Source of the DNA: Bacteroidales bacterium
GTDB taxonomy: Bacteria; Bacteroidota; Bacteroidia; Bacteroidales; Marinilabiliaceae
DNA length: 64,000 nucleotides
NCBI GenBank assembly: GCA_022768325.1
Contig: JALEMI010000072.1
Coordinates: 2,318-66,317, forward strand
Reading direction: 5' to 3'
Below, in pieces: positions 29,746 to 39,993 of this stretch. The notes under the pieces were generated by a model. That model saw nothing but the letters and a program-made list of their open reading frames with translations, did not search any database and had not been told where the DNA came from. The position numbers and the translations under genes are program-made. How positions within the stretch are numbered: position 1 is the stretch's first letter; each line of letters opens with the position of its first letter.

Positions 29746-30951
29746 ATGACTACGGGACAACAACCGACCGGCGAAAAAATGACACCTCGCCATTGGGCCG
29801 CACTCGTCAGCCTCACCATGGGAGCCTTCATCTTCAACACTTCCGAATTCGTCCCCATAGGCCTCCTTACAGACATCGCCGCCGATTTCGGCAAGACTGA
29901 GAGCGAGACGGGTATGCTCATCTCCGTCTACGCGTGGATGGTTGCCCTCATGTCACTCCCCCTCATGATTTTGGCCAGCCGCATGGAGATGCGCAAGCTC
30001 ATGCTCCTCCTTACGGGCGCCTTCGCCTTCTTCCAATGCCTCTCGTGGCTCTCCACATCCTACGCCTTCCTTATGGTCTGCCGAATTGGCGTGGCTTGTT
30101 GTCATGCCATCTTTTGGAGCATCGTCTCGCCCATGGCCGTCCGCATCGTCCCCGATAGCCATAAGGCCGTCGCCCTCAGCACCATCGTCACGGGTTCTGC
30201 CGTCGCCATGATTCTCGGCCTCCCCCTGGGTCGTGCCATAGGCCTATGGGTCGGCTGGCGGATGACGTTCCTCTGCGTCGGCGGATTCGCCGCGTGCATC
30301 CTCATCTTCATGAGCCTGACGCTGCCACAGCTGCCCAGCCGTGGCAAGTTCTCCGTACGGCGACTACCTGAGCTCCTTTCCAACAAAGCCCTCCTCGGCA
30401 TCTACGCCTTCACGCTCGTATGGGTCATTGGCTATTACACCGCGTACAGCTACATTGAGCCCTTCCTCGCGCAGGTCGCCCAGATGCCCGAGGACGTCAT
30501 CACCCTTACGCTCATGCTCTTCGGCGTGGCGGGAATCCTCGCAGGTCAGATTTTCGCACGTTTCTACACTCGCGGACCTCTGCGTTTCATTGGGTGGATG
30601 ACCATCGGCATGGCGGTCTGCCTCTTCCTCTTGTGGCCCTCGTGCGTCGCCGTGTGGGTCGTCATTGGCGTAAGCCTCTTGTGGGGCGTGTGCAATACGT
30701 GTAGCAACGTGGCATCGCAGAGCGAACTCATCGCCATGACTCCCCCCGAGGGCACGGCCGTCGCCATGAGCATCTATTCAGGAATCTTCAACCTCGGCAT
30801 TGGCACGGGAGCCGCCGTTGGTGGTGTCGTCTGCGCGGCTGCCACAATCAATTGGATAGGTGTCGTGGGCGGCATCTGCTCCCTTGGCGCTGTCGCAATA
30901 TGGTTCTTGTGGCTAATGCCGCAATTGAGGAATCTGAGGGAGAAGAAATAA
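29746..30951 (+). CDS. MFS transporter (sugar-efflux SotB/SetA-like)
   Basis: It has 12 predicted TM helices and an N-terminal segment typical of MFS_1 sugar efflux proteins (FNTSEFVPIGLLTDIAADF). Confidence 0.75.
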   Translation: MTTGQQPTGEKMTPRHWAALVSLTMGAFIFNTSEFVPIGLLTDIAADFGKTESETGMLISVYAWMVALMSLPLMILASRMEMRKLMLLLTGAFAFFQCLSWLSTSYAFLMVCRIGVACCHAIFWSIVSPMAVRIVPDSHKAVALSTIVTGSAVAMILGLPLGRAIGLWVGWRMTFLCVGGFAACILIFMSLTLPQLPSRGKFSVRRLPELLSNKALLGIYAFTLVWVIGYYTAYSYIEPFLAQVAQMPEDVITLTLMLFGVAGILAGQIFARFYTRGPLRFIGWMTIGMAVCLFLLWPSCVAVWVVIGVSLLWGVCNTCSNVASQSELIAMTPPEGTAVAMSIYSGIFNLGIGTGAAVGGVVCAAATINWIGVVGGICSLGAVAIWFLWLMPQLRNLREKK

Positions 30952-30957
30952 GTCCCC

Positions 30958-33645
30958 CTACAACCCCATAACAATCACATTCCCATACGCCACGCCAGCC
31001 GACATCTGAGAGTCGGCATATCGGCACACGGTCTTAGCCGACGGCGAGGCCGGCTCTATGGCATCGGCCTGCTGGTGCCATACGTCTTTACGCTTGCCCA
31101 TCAGGCAATTGTCGCGCATCCAACGTGGCGATGCCGTGAGCCTGAATGTCCGTGTGGCGTGTCCCGTGCGAGGCTTAAAACCGAGCGTCATGGCGCACCA
31201 TTCGCGCGTCGCCTCGTCGCCAATGTCCGACCCCACAAAGCTCCCGCTCACTACGGTCGTGACGCCCGTGGCAATAATGCTCTCAACGTGACGGCGGAAG
31301 CCCTCGGTGTAAATGCTGTGCCTAAATCCGGCGTCGCCATAGCTCGTCGTGCGCTGACGGTCGAGGTTAATGCGGACAAATGCATACCGCGTCGTGTCTT
31401 GACCCGATGTGTCCGCGTCAAAGAAGCTCTTTGTCACGCCAACAAATGAGTAGCCCTCCAGTCGCATACACATCGCCACACCCGACGGCCCCCCCGACAT
31501 CGTGGCCGAGCCAGCCATTGCCACGCACTCCATGTCGGCATACGACGCTCCACACCCAGGCTCGTCGTCATCTTTCCACTCGTTATTCGTATCGAAATCA
31601 TACTGCTCGCCCGTAGTATAACGGTCGCCATGCCACGGCGCGCCCGGGTCTTGGCCCACCAATACGCCCGACCAACTCGGCGAGCGCAATGTGGCAGGGG
31701 CCGCCAGTCGGTCCATCCCCTCAACCAACAACGCCTTACGCCCATTTCGCCACAGGCAGGCGGGCACAGCCTCCGAGGGCAGGCTTCGCCCTCCCGGGCC
31801 AATGGCTACGACCCTGTACGTCCGAATCTTGCCGTCAAGCGGCTGCCGCACCATTGCCACGGTGTCGCTTGTCGTCATCATGAGACGATCGCCCTGATAC
31901 ACCTCATACCGCTCCGCCACGGCCGACGGCTCAAGGGTGTCGGGCGTGAAGCTCCAATGAAGCGACAGCGTGTCGCCTTGCTCGAAACGAACCCCGACGC
32001 GGCTCGGGGCAAGGGGAGAGACGGCGGCATCGTTTCCCGCCAAGTATCGCAATATGCCCTTATAAATCGAGCGGGCTGCGTCGCGCCTAAATGCAGGGTG
32101 GAGCGCATGGCTGATGTCCGCCACGTTCTGGTGCGACATCAGTTCGAGCAATAGGGTAGGGACGTCGGGCCGGCGGCTCTCCGAGTAACTCTTGTCCGTA
32201 ATTCCGCGGAAAAGCCACTTCTTGTTCCAGCTGCGGCGTATGTCCATCCGCAGGGCGTTCAAGACGTGCCACGCCAATTGGCGCGACGTGAGTGTACTCC
32301 GCCCGTCGGCCAGTTTGCCCCCCCTCTTTGACGTGGAGACAATGCACAGCGTCCCGATAACGGAGTCGTTCATCGTCACAAAGGCATCGGTATGCAGGGC
32401 AAGAGCCATGTCTATGGGGATATGCTTGTCCGCCACGAGTGAGTTGACCCACTCGCCGCGGCAGTTGATGTCGTCGGTATACTCGTTGCGCCCTTCGCTC
32501 ACGCTCAACACTTTGGCGTAGTCAAATCCGTCGGTCTGGAGGTAATATCGCGCCCCCTCGGCCCATGCCGGCATTCCGCTAATGCTCCCTCCGCGTTCCA
32601 CGGTCCCCATTCCGCCGCCAATGCGCACCGCGTCGGCCGAGACAAGCCCGCGCCCTTTTATCGTCACGCTCCATTCGCCGCCCTCCCTGAAGGGCGACAT
32701 CCCAAGCGGCATCCACATCCCGCCGCCCATCCGTTGGTCGAGCGTGTAGTGTGTCGTGCCGACGGCGTGGCGAACCGTGACGCTCACGGGACCCGCGGCC
32801 TCGGGTGTCCGGGCATACGCCACGTAGACCATCATCCGCCCCGTGGCTGGTGCCAAGCCTCTAAATGTCAACGAGTCGGCGTCGGTCATGTTGAATGTCT
32901 GCGCGTTGCCAAGGGCAAAGGGGTTGGTCTTGCCGCTCAGGGTGCTGTATTTGCCAAAACCCTTTGTCTTGCTTTTCGCCGCGAGGGTGGCCGTGAAGCC
33001 CGTTTCCGTGTCGTCCACAATTACGCACGTCTGCGTCGTGTCGCGCTCGCGTGGGGTTAAGACCATTGCCCCGGCGTTCTCCAACATCGGAATCAGGAAG
33101 GGCAGGGCTATGGACGGTGTCAGCAGGTCCTCCACGGTCGTGTTGAGCCGCCCGCGTTGCCACTCCCATCGCCCGAGCGATGGCTCATAATAGCGTCCGT
33201 GGCTGGGCCATAGGGCAATGTTGCGCCCCGCGAGGGGACGGCCAGCCTCTTCGTCCTGTCGTACCACGGGCTGCGCGTGGGGCGGCATCCCGCAGGTCGT
33301 GGTGTCGTCCGAGGCTTGGGCGGCAAGGTCCGTCTTGCCCGTCATGATTTCAAGCCTTGCGTGAGGCATCCCGAGCCACTGACGAAGGCTGTCTTGCGCC
33401 GTGGCAATCATTTTGCGCGTCAAGGGGAGCAGGTCCGCATTGCTCGACAGGCGGACGCGTATTGTCCGGTCGCCATCTGCCACAATCGATTTGACCGCAA
33501 TGGGGCGGTCGAGGCGTATGTAGTCGGGGCGCAAGATGTTCACGAGGCTGTCGGTCGGCACTTTGTCCATCACCGACTTCACCTGTGCCGAGGCAATGGT
33601 TGCCACCAGTGCGGCAACAAGGGCAAGTATGGTTTTTCTTATCAT
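30958..33645 (-). CDS. Large exported protein with a putative MurNAc-LAA (amidase_3-like) central domain
   Basis: The signal peptide is MIRKTILALVAALVATIASAQ. The central segments ALALHTDAF... and PTLLLELMSHQN resemble zinc-amidase motifs. The rest is unassigned. Confidence 0.55.
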   Translation of the reverse strand: MIRKTILALVAALVATIASAQVKSVMDKVPTDSLVNILRPDYIRLDRPIAVKSIVADGDRTIRVRLSSNADLLPLTRKMIATAQDSLRQWLGMPHARLEIMTGKTDLAAQASDDTTTCGMPPHAQPVVRQDEEAGRPLAGRNIALWPSHGRYYEPSLGRWEWQRGRLNTTVEDLLTPSIALPFLIPMLENAGAMVLTPRERDTTQTCVIVDDTETGFTATLAAKSKTKGFGKYSTLSGKTNPFALGNAQTFNMTDADSLTFRGLAPATGRMMVYVAYARTPEAAGPVSVTVRHAVGTTHYTLDQRMGGGMWMPLGMSPFREGGEWSVTIKGRGLVSADAVRIGGGMGTVERGGSISGMPAWAEGARYYLQTDGFDYAKVLSVSEGRNEYTDDINCRGEWVNSLVADKHIPIDMALALHTDAFVTMNDSVIGTLCIVSTSKRGGKLADGRSTLTSRQLAWHVLNALRMDIRRSWNKKWLFRGITDKSYSESRRPDVPTLLLELMSHQNVADISHALHPAFRRDAARSIYKGILRYLAGNDAAVSPLAPSRVGVRFEQGDTLSLHWSFTPDTLEPSAVAERYEVYQGDRLMMTTSDTVAMVRQPLDGKIRTYRVVAIGPGGRSLPSEAVPACLWRNGRKALLVEGMDRLAAPATLRSPSWSGVLVGQDPGAPWHGDRYTTGEQYDFDTNNEWKDDDEPGCGASYADMECVAMAGSATMSGGPSGVAMCMRLEGYSFVGVTKSFFDADTSGQDTTRYAFVRINLDRQRTTSYGDAGFRHSIYTEGFRRHVESIIATGVTTVVSGSFVGSDIGDEATREWCAMTLGFKPRTGHATRTFRLTASPRWMRDNCLMGKRKDVWHQQADAIEPASPSAKTVCRYADSQMSAGVAYGNVIVMGL

Positions 33646-33654
33646 CTAAGGCAA

Positions 33655-33726
33655 GAAAAAAAAGACGAGGCCCCGTGCGCCGCGGCCATGCCTTTTCGGG
33701 CTATTGGTCCGCCATGGCGCACGGGG
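33655..33726 (-). terminator. Terminator after rsmG (minus strand)
   Basis: An 11-bp stem, CCCCGTGCGCC (33671-33681) / GGCGCACGGGG (33716-33726), is followed on the minus strand by a T-run (plus-strand A-run at 33655-33663). Confidence 0.65.
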
Positions 33727-33753
33727 TCGTATATCTTGGGCGTTAATGCGGGG

Positions 33754-34383
33754 CTATATCTCTATGTGGACAATGCGTTTGTCTTCTGCGAAAAACGGGA
33801 TGTCGGGGAAGTATGGCGCAATGTCGCACCAAATGGCTTTGCGGCCAAAGGGCTGAAGCTCACCCTCAATGGCCCCGCCTTTCAGGTACAAGACGCCGTT
33901 CATTATGGCGTTGTTGTAATGCTTCGTGTCGACAAGGTGACGCGTCATGCGCACAAACTCGCTCAGCCCGCTCACTCCGCGCCCCGTCACGAAGTCATAT
34001 TTTCCTTTCAAATCTTCCGAGCGGGTCTTGATGGCCTCTACGTTGCTCAGTCCCAATGCCTTAGCCACCTCTTCAACAACGGTTATCTTCTTGCCTATGG
34101 AGTCCGCGAGGGTAAAGCTCACCTCGGGAAACATTATGGCAAGAGGTATGCCCGGAAATCCGCCTCCCGTCCCGACATCGACAATCCGTGTCCCGGGCTT
34201 GAAATGTGTAAATCGGGCTATGGCGAGAGAGTGGAGCACGTGGTGCGTCATGAGTTCGCCTATGTCCTTGCGCGACACGACGTTAATCTTCGAGTTCCAA
34301 TCCTCATAAAGGGCCTGGAGCTGGTCGTATTGGCTTTTCTGCGTGTCGCTGAGCTCTTTGAAATAGGTCTCTACAATGCTCAT
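33754..34383 (-). CDS. rsmG: 16S rRNA (guanine527-N7)-methyltransferase
   Basis: It carries NVVSRKDI...HHVLHSL and the SAM-binding motif VDVGTGGGFPGIPLAI. Confidence 0.9.
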   Translation of the reverse strand: MSIVETYFKELSDTQKSQYDQLQALYEDWNSKINVVSRKDIGELMTHHVLHSLAIARFTHFKPGTRIVDVGTGGGFPGIPLAIMFPEVSFTLADSIGKKITVVEEVAKALGLSNVEAIKTRSEDLKGKYDFVTGRGVSGLSEFVRMTRHLVDTKHYNNAIMNGVLYLKGGAIEGELQPFGRKAIWCDIAPYFPDIPFFAEDKRIVHIEI

Positions 34384-34997
34384 TTCTCGGGGGCGTTTTC
34401 GGTGTTTTTCAAGATGTTGTAGAGCAACTCGCGTGAGCGGAACAGCTGCGCCTTGACCGTCCCGAGGGGCATCTGGAGTTGCTCGGCAATCTCCTCATAG
34501 CTCAGCTCTTTGAAGTAACGCAACTCGACAAGTGTCTTGTAGCGCGGCTTGAGCTTGTCCACGACGGCGCGGACAGCCTCGACTGTCTGATTCTTGATGA
34601 GGCACTCCGATGGGTCGGGCGCGTCAGATGGAATTGTTATCGGGCGCGAGCCGCCCTCCTCCTTGTCCTCCATTTCCTGGTCTACGCTGACGAGCTTGCA
34701 ACGCTTGCGGCGCAAGAAGTCGATGCCGTTGTTCGAGGCAATCTTGAAGAGCCACGTCGAGAACGCGTAGGTTGGCGAGTAAAGCTCTATGTTGCGAAAC
34801 GCTTTGCCAAAGGCCTCTATGGTGAGGTCTTCCGCGTCGACTTTGTTCCCCACCATTTTGAGGAGCATGAAATATATGGAGTCGCGATAACGAGACAGCA
34901 GGCGGGCGTACGCTTTCTGGTCGCCCTTTTTGGCTCGCTCCACAAGCTCCATGTCATACAGGGCCTTGTCTGAATGTATGCTCTGGTTCACTTCCAT
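34380..34997 (-). CDS. ECF-type RNA polymerase sigma-70 family factor
   Basis: Region 2 (YARLLSRYRDSIYFMLLKMVGN) and region 4 (LSYEEIAEQLQMPLGTVKAQLFRSR) are present. I chose the start at 34997 (MEVNQ). The alternative ATG at 35033 would overlap the upstream GT2 gene. Confidence 0.8.
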   Translation of the reverse strand: MEVNQSIHSDKALYDMELVERAKKGDQKAYARLLSRYRDSIYFMLLKMVGNKVDAEDLTIEAFGKAFRNIELYSPTYAFSTWLFKIASNNGIDFLRRKRCKLVSVDQEMEDKEEGGSRPITIPSDAPDPSECLIKNQTVEAVRAVVDKLKPRYKTLVELRYFKELSYEEIAEQLQMPLGTVKAQLFRSRELLYNILKNTENAPEK

Positions 34998-36214
34998 GTC
35001 TTGCTGGTTTGCGTAAGGCGGCCGGTTATCCATGCTAAGGATTGCATCCACGGCACCATAATATCCATTGGCAGGGCCAAGAGCCACAAGTGACCCTCGC
35101 CCATATTGCGCGCGGCCAAGCCCATTGCCGTGTACGTCAATATCGTACGCAGGCCAAATGCCGCGCTTGCCGCAATAAGTAGTATGTCGCTTTTCAAGTA
35201 TAGGCCAAGGGCAACGGTCGCCGCCGTGCCGAGCCAAAAGAGAAGACGCGTGGCTTGCTCTGTCACGAGCCAAAACTTGACCACCCCCGGATAGAGCGAG
35301 GCCGTCGTCAAGTGGCGGCTCTTCTGCGCCGAGTAGGTAAGCCACGTGCGCTTAGGCTCACTCACGGTTTGCGACGATTTCTCGAACACAATGGCCGTGT
35401 TTGAGCGATGCCCCATTTCGCTGACGAATAGGTCGTCGTCGCCCGAGAGGACGTAAAGATGCTTGCGGAATTTCGAGCTGCGCTCAAAAAGCTGTTTCGT
35501 GTATGACAGGTTTCGCCCAACGCCCATGAACGGCTTGACGGCCCGCGCCATGCCAAAATATTGTACGGCGTTCCAAAACGTCTCATAGCGCAACATGAGG
35601 TTCAACAGCCCCGGACGCTTGGCGTAACGCCCGTAGCCCAAGACCAGCTCTACCCCCTTCGTGGCATAGCCCTCCATCATGAGCGTCAGCCAATTCTCCG
35701 AGGCGGGCAGGCAGTCCGCGTCGGTGAAGAGGATATGCTCATGCTTCGCGGCCTTGATGCCCACTGTCATGGCCAGTTTCTTGCCATGATGAAAAACGGA
35801 GTCGGTTGGGATGGTTGTTGTGTAAAGCTCGTCGGGATATTGAGCCCTGAGGCGGGCAAGAATTAGCGGGGTGTCGTCCGTCGAGCAGTCGTCAACAACG
35901 ACTATTTGCTTCTTTCCCGCATATTTTTGCGCAATAAGCACCGGAATCAGCCGGCCCAGGTTGTCTTCCTCATTGCGAGCGCATATCACTATGCTTACGT
36001 CGGGCAGGGATGAGGCCAAATTGCGTGGCTTGCGGCGGACTCTGAACATGAAAAACGCCCAGTAGAAAAGCTGCCATGCCAGGGCGAATCCCAATACAGA
36101 GACGACGATTATTTCTGTCGTGCTCACTTTTTCGCTGTTTAATTTTCGTGTGTATCCAAAAATGACAGGATGTCCCGCCGTTTTATTGTCAAACAGTGGG
36201 GCAAATATACACAA
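34988..36214 (-). CDS. Family 2 glycosyltransferase (membrane-associated)
   Basis: It shows VSIVICARNEEDNL...VVDDCSTDDT...FTDADC, with TM segments at the C-terminus. The exact start is uncertain; an internal GTG near 36126 is possible. Confidence 0.75.
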   Translation of the reverse strand: MCIFAPLFDNKTAGHPVIFGYTRKLNSEKVSTTEIIVVSVLGFALAWQLFYWAFFMFRVRRKPRNLASSLPDVSIVICARNEEDNLGRLIPVLIAQKYAGKKQIVVVDDCSTDDTPLILARLRAQYPDELYTTTIPTDSVFHHGKKLAMTVGIKAAKHEHILFTDADCLPASENWLTLMMEGYATKGVELVLGYGRYAKRPGLLNLMLRYETFWNAVQYFGMARAVKPFMGVGRNLSYTKQLFERSSKFRKHLYVLSGDDDLFVSEMGHRSNTAIVFEKSSQTVSEPKRTWLTYSAQKSRHLTTASLYPGVVKFWLVTEQATRLLFWLGTAATVALGLYLKSDILLIAASAAFGLRTILTYTAMGLAARNMGEGHLWLLALPMDIMVPWMQSLAWITGRLTQTSKTWK

Positions 36215-36271
36215 TTCCGTTAAAATAAAACAGCGCAGTTGTCCGCTTGACGATGTGTCTCGCTATGAGAA

Positions 36272-37546
36272 TCAAGCTTTTTGCGGCGCAGGGGGCGGCG
36301 GCGTCTCCTGTGGGTCGGTCGCCATTCCGTCGCGAGGCGATTTCATGCGCTCAATGGCCGTGCTGACCGACCCATGCCGCTCTGCGTAAGCTATTTGCGC
36401 CTTTTGTAGCCAACAGGCTATGATGAAATACCCGATGGTCTGAATCCACAGGCAGGTCACCTCATGCCCCACTGTGGCAATGTTGCCGCCCATCGATAAT
36501 ATTTTGACGTGCGCATTCAGCCCAAATGTTGAGGGAAACAGCCAACTGACGAATTTCCACACGGGCGGGATGCTTACTGACGGCCATGACATGCCGCTCA
36601 GGAAGAGCAACGGGACCGACATGAAGACGAAAATAAGCATACTGTCCTCGCGGCGGTATATCATGCCCGTGCAAACAATCGTGAAGCATGAGCAGGCCAA
36701 GATATAAGGCACCAACATCCCCACCCACGACCAGTAGGAGCCAACATGAGGCAGGTCAAAGCCCAAAATCACGAAGACGTACATATAGAGGGCCATGAAG
36801 AAGAACAGCGGAAAGACGACAAACACTTTGCCAAGGATTACGGCCATAGGGTTGTCATAGCCCGACACGCCGCGGTATATGGCCAGGCCGCCGTTCTTCT
36901 CGCGGGTGCGCCCCATCGCCATGCCCAAGCCCAAGACCATGGCCTGCTGGATTATGAGCATCAAGATTGGGGGGATGAGGAACGAGGCGTAGCCGCCCTG
37001 AGGGTTGAAGAGCATCACGTGTTCGTAGGTTATAGGCTCACGGGCAATGTCCAACTCCCTGTCGCTCAGGGCTGTGGCCCCTATGCTCTCAATCTTGATG
37101 CCCTTATTCATGTCTTGCGCAATGTTTGAGCATGGCAAGAGGATGCTCTTGTAGTAAATCAGCGAGCTGACGTCCGAATAGGCGGCAATGCGCGTCTGCC
37201 GTCCGTGGCGTATGTCGTCCAAGAACGACGACGGGATGCGGATTATGCCGTACACGTCCGATCGCTCCATCAGCAGGCGGGCCTCGGTCATGTCGGCGCA
37301 TCGGGCGCGCACTGCGGCGTCGGGGCTCGCGTCGAGCTTGCGGATGAACTCGCGAGAGAGGTCGCTGTGGCTCTCGTCCACAACGGCCACGGGTATGTCG
37401 CGAGACAGCTCGGTGCTGTAGACGTAATAATAGACAAGAGGGTAGGCTATCGGCAGGCCGAGGAAGAAAATCAAGACGCCCACGTCGTGCGACATCTCTT
37501 TGACCTCTTTCCACCAGACGTTCAGTGTGTCTTGCAATAGGCTCAT
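36272..37546 (-). CDS. ABC-2 family transporter permease
   Basis: It has one N-terminal TM helix, a large loop and five C-terminal TM helices. It is paralogous to the adjacent gene. Confidence 0.75.
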   Translation of the reverse strand: MSLLQDTLNVWWKEVKEMSHDVGVLIFFLGLPIAYPLVYYYVYSTELSRDIPVAVVDESHSDLSREFIRKLDASPDAAVRARCADMTEARLLMERSDVYGIIRIPSSFLDDIRHGRQTRIAAYSDVSSLIYYKSILLPCSNIAQDMNKGIKIESIGATALSDRELDIAREPITYEHVMLFNPQGGYASFLIPPILMLIIQQAMVLGLGMAMGRTREKNGGLAIYRGVSGYDNPMAVILGKVFVVFPLFFFMALYMYVFVILGFDLPHVGSYWSWVGMLVPYILACSCFTIVCTGMIYRREDSMLIFVFMSVPLLFLSGMSWPSVSIPPVWKFVSWLFPSTFGLNAHVKILSMGGNIATVGHEVTCLWIQTIGYFIIACWLQKAQIAYAERHGSVSTAIERMKSPRDGMATDPQETPPPPAPQKA

Positions 37547-37557
37547 AGCTAACGTTT

Positions 37558-38748
37558 TTATGGCTTATATTCCACCGTGTTGAACGCATTGCGATAGCGG
37601 CGGAGAAACAAGAGGGGGAGGGCCATGATAATCAGCATGGCAAGGATGGGTTTCCACGCGAAGATTATCGAATAGCCGTTTAGCGCCTGGTTGGCGTAGA
37701 TAAGGAAGTAGTCGCGCAAGGGGAAGATGTACGACAGGTTTTGCAACAAGCCCGTCATGGCCGGCACGGGGTATGAGAACCCGGCCATCGAGATGGACAA
37801 GACGCCCAAGAGGGCGCAGCCCGACATGGCCATGCGCATCTGACCAACAAAGACCCCAAACATCGAGACTCCCATGGCCTGAGCCGTCAAGACGGTCATG
37901 AAGCCAAGCAAGAACATAGGCCCGAGCCCGCATTGGCACGGGTAGCCCAAGATGCGGTACAGGTATATGTCGTTGCCAATGAAGATTGTCGTGTAGAGGA
38001 TTGTCTGCGGCAATAGCTTACCCGTCAGGACCACGGGCACCGAGCCGCCCCCCATCTTGTTCAGGAGGCTTTTCTGCGTCCCAATCTTCCACTCCATGCC
38101 AATGGTGTAGGTGGTCGTAATCATGATCAGGATTATGACAATCCCGGGGATTATGAGGTTGTTCAGCAGGATGCCGTAGTTGAGGTAGGGGTTAGACAGC
38201 GGGTGGGTCTCCATCACGATGGGCTGAAGTATCCCCATTACGCTGCTCGCGGGTACGCCCTTCGCGCTGAGCGTCTCGCGGGTCACCGCCAGTCCTGACA
38301 GCTCCGACAACGTCTTGAGGTCTTTCATCAGCAGGGCGGCGGGGATGTAATACGTGTCCGCCGTGTAGAAGGAGATTTTCGGCTGACGTTGGCCTATGGC
38401 TTGCTCCGTCGTGCCCTTCGGGATGTAGAAGAATGCGTAAATCTCGCCCTTCTGCATGGCGCGGCGCGCGTCGGAGAATGTGGCGTAACGGTGGTCAAGG
38501 CCCGTGGTCTTCATCGACGAGAGGATGCGGACAAGCTGGCGCGTCGTCGGGCTGTCGTCTTCGTCCACGAGGCCCGTCGGAAGCCTGTCGGGCAGCCCTT
38601 GCTCCATGAGCGACGTGAAGTAGAGCGTCACGAAGATGGGGGCCACGAGCATGCAGAAGATCAAGAGGGGACGACGCTTGAAGACGCCTATCTCGCGGCG
38701 GCTAATCCGCAAGACCCTCGCAATCCGGTCTTTATATGCCTGGAGCAT
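37558..38748 (-). CDS. ABC-2 family transporter permease
   Basis: It has the same topology as 36272..37546 and lies in an operon with the HlyD-family gene. Confidence 0.75.
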   Translation of the reverse strand: MLQAYKDRIARVLRISRREIGVFKRRPLLIFCMLVAPIFVTLYFTSLMEQGLPDRLPTGLVDEDDSPTTRQLVRILSSMKTTGLDHRYATFSDARRAMQKGEIYAFFYIPKGTTEQAIGQRQPKISFYTADTYYIPAALLMKDLKTLSELSGLAVTRETLSAKGVPASSVMGILQPIVMETHPLSNPYLNYGILLNNLIIPGIVIILIMITTTYTIGMEWKIGTQKSLLNKMGGGSVPVVLTGKLLPQTILYTTIFIGNDIYLYRILGYPCQCGLGPMFLLGFMTVLTAQAMGVSMFGVFVGQMRMAMSGCALLGVLSISMAGFSYPVPAMTGLLQNLSYIFPLRDYFLIYANQALNGYSIIFAWKPILAMLIIMALPLLFLRRYRNAFNTVEYKP

Positions 38749-38757
38749 GGCCTCCTC

Positions 38758-39747
38758 CTATTTGCCCTTGTTGATTATCGCGCTCATGCCTTCGCGGACG
38801 CCCTCCACGTCGGCCATGTTCACGGGCACGGCCTTGACTTCAAATGTCTTGAGGTCATATTGCCCGAGGGCTTTGGTGGCTTTCCAGATGGCGTAGGTCC
38901 CCACGTCTTTCATCTTCGTGACGCGCACGCCTATGCTCTTGTCGAGGGCGGGGATGTAGATTTGCGTCTCCGTGCCTACGCTCAGCCCGGGGAGCAGGTC
39001 CTCGCGGACGTTGAATACGAACCACACCTTGTCGGTCATGGCGACGTTGAGCAGGGGTGCGCCCGTGCCAACCAGTTCGCCAAGCTCGGGGAAGATGTCG
39101 GTCACTTGCCCATCGGCCAAGGCCACGAGGGTCATCTCGTCAATGTATGACGACACCTCGCTCACAGCCCCGCGCGCCCTCTCCACTTGTGCTCGGGCTG
39201 CCGCGCGGTCTTCGGCTTGTGCGCCGTGGACTGCCATGTCATATTGGCTCTTGGCGGCGCGTTCTGTGGCCTTGTAGGCGTTGAGTTGTGCGAGGGCTTC
39301 GTCGTGCTTTTGTGCGCTCACTACGCTGTCTTTGTACAGGGCTTCTACGCGGGCGTAGGTCTTTTGCGCCACGTCGAGGCCTGCCAATGCCTTTTGCCAC
39401 ATCTCGTAGGCGGCCTGTACCTGCTCGCTGCGTGCGCTGCCCGTGGCTTTGTCTTCTACGGCGCGGGCGGCCTCAAGGGCGGCGTTGGCCTGTCCGTATT
39501 TGGCCATCACGTCCGGAGCCTCCAAGATTACGAGGGTGTCGCCCTTGTGGACGAAGTCGCCCTCTTCTACGCGAATCTCTCTGATGCGGCCCGGCACTTT
39601 GCTGCTGACGCGGTAGTCGGTCATCTCGGCCTCGCCTTGTATCGTCTCTACGCTTTCGGGCTGGCATACGCCTACAATAATCACTGCCGCAATCAGGCAT
39701 AGCAATACGACTGCGAAGATTAATGTGATGTTCGCTTTCTTCTTCAT
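38758..39747 (-). CDS. HlyD-family membrane-fusion (periplasmic adaptor) protein
   Basis: The start is at MKKKANITLIFAVVLL (TM anchor). It has a lipoyl-like segment (GDFVHKGDTLVILE), a coiled coil and a beta-barrel segment. Confidence 0.8.
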   Translation of the reverse strand: MKKKANITLIFAVVLLCLIAAVIIVGVCQPESVETIQGEAEMTDYRVSSKVPGRIREIRVEEGDFVHKGDTLVILEAPDVMAKYGQANAALEAARAVEDKATGSARSEQVQAAYEMWQKALAGLDVAQKTYARVEALYKDSVVSAQKHDEALAQLNAYKATERAAKSQYDMAVHGAQAEDRAAARAQVERARGAVSEVSSYIDEMTLVALADGQVTDIFPELGELVGTGAPLLNVAMTDKVWFVFNVREDLLPGLSVGTETQIYIPALDKSIGVRVTKMKDVGTYAIWKATKALGQYDLKTFEVKAVPVNMADVEGVREGMSAIINKGK

Positions 39748-39993
39748 TTTCTGGGATTCTTTTTTTTCGAGGCGGAGGCGGCGATGTGTTTGAATCCGCG
39801 ACACGTCTCGGGGGTATTTATCTCTTTTCTGTTGATATTCTCTAATGCGGATACAAATTACTGAAACATTGCCGTCCTTTGCAAGTCTCTTTTGAGCTAA
39901 TAATTGGAGAAATGTATCACGTTATGACTATTTTTGCCCCGATTTCCTCGTTTTTTTGTTTCAAAAGCATCATCATCAATACTGCTGCATAAA

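Noticed and set aside
29181-29900. Track ORFs 29181..29450 (-) and 29376..29900 (+) in the GH43-MFS gap
   Set aside because: Their translations are low-complexity and P/S/R-rich, with no motifs. The plus ORF runs into the MFS gene out of frame.
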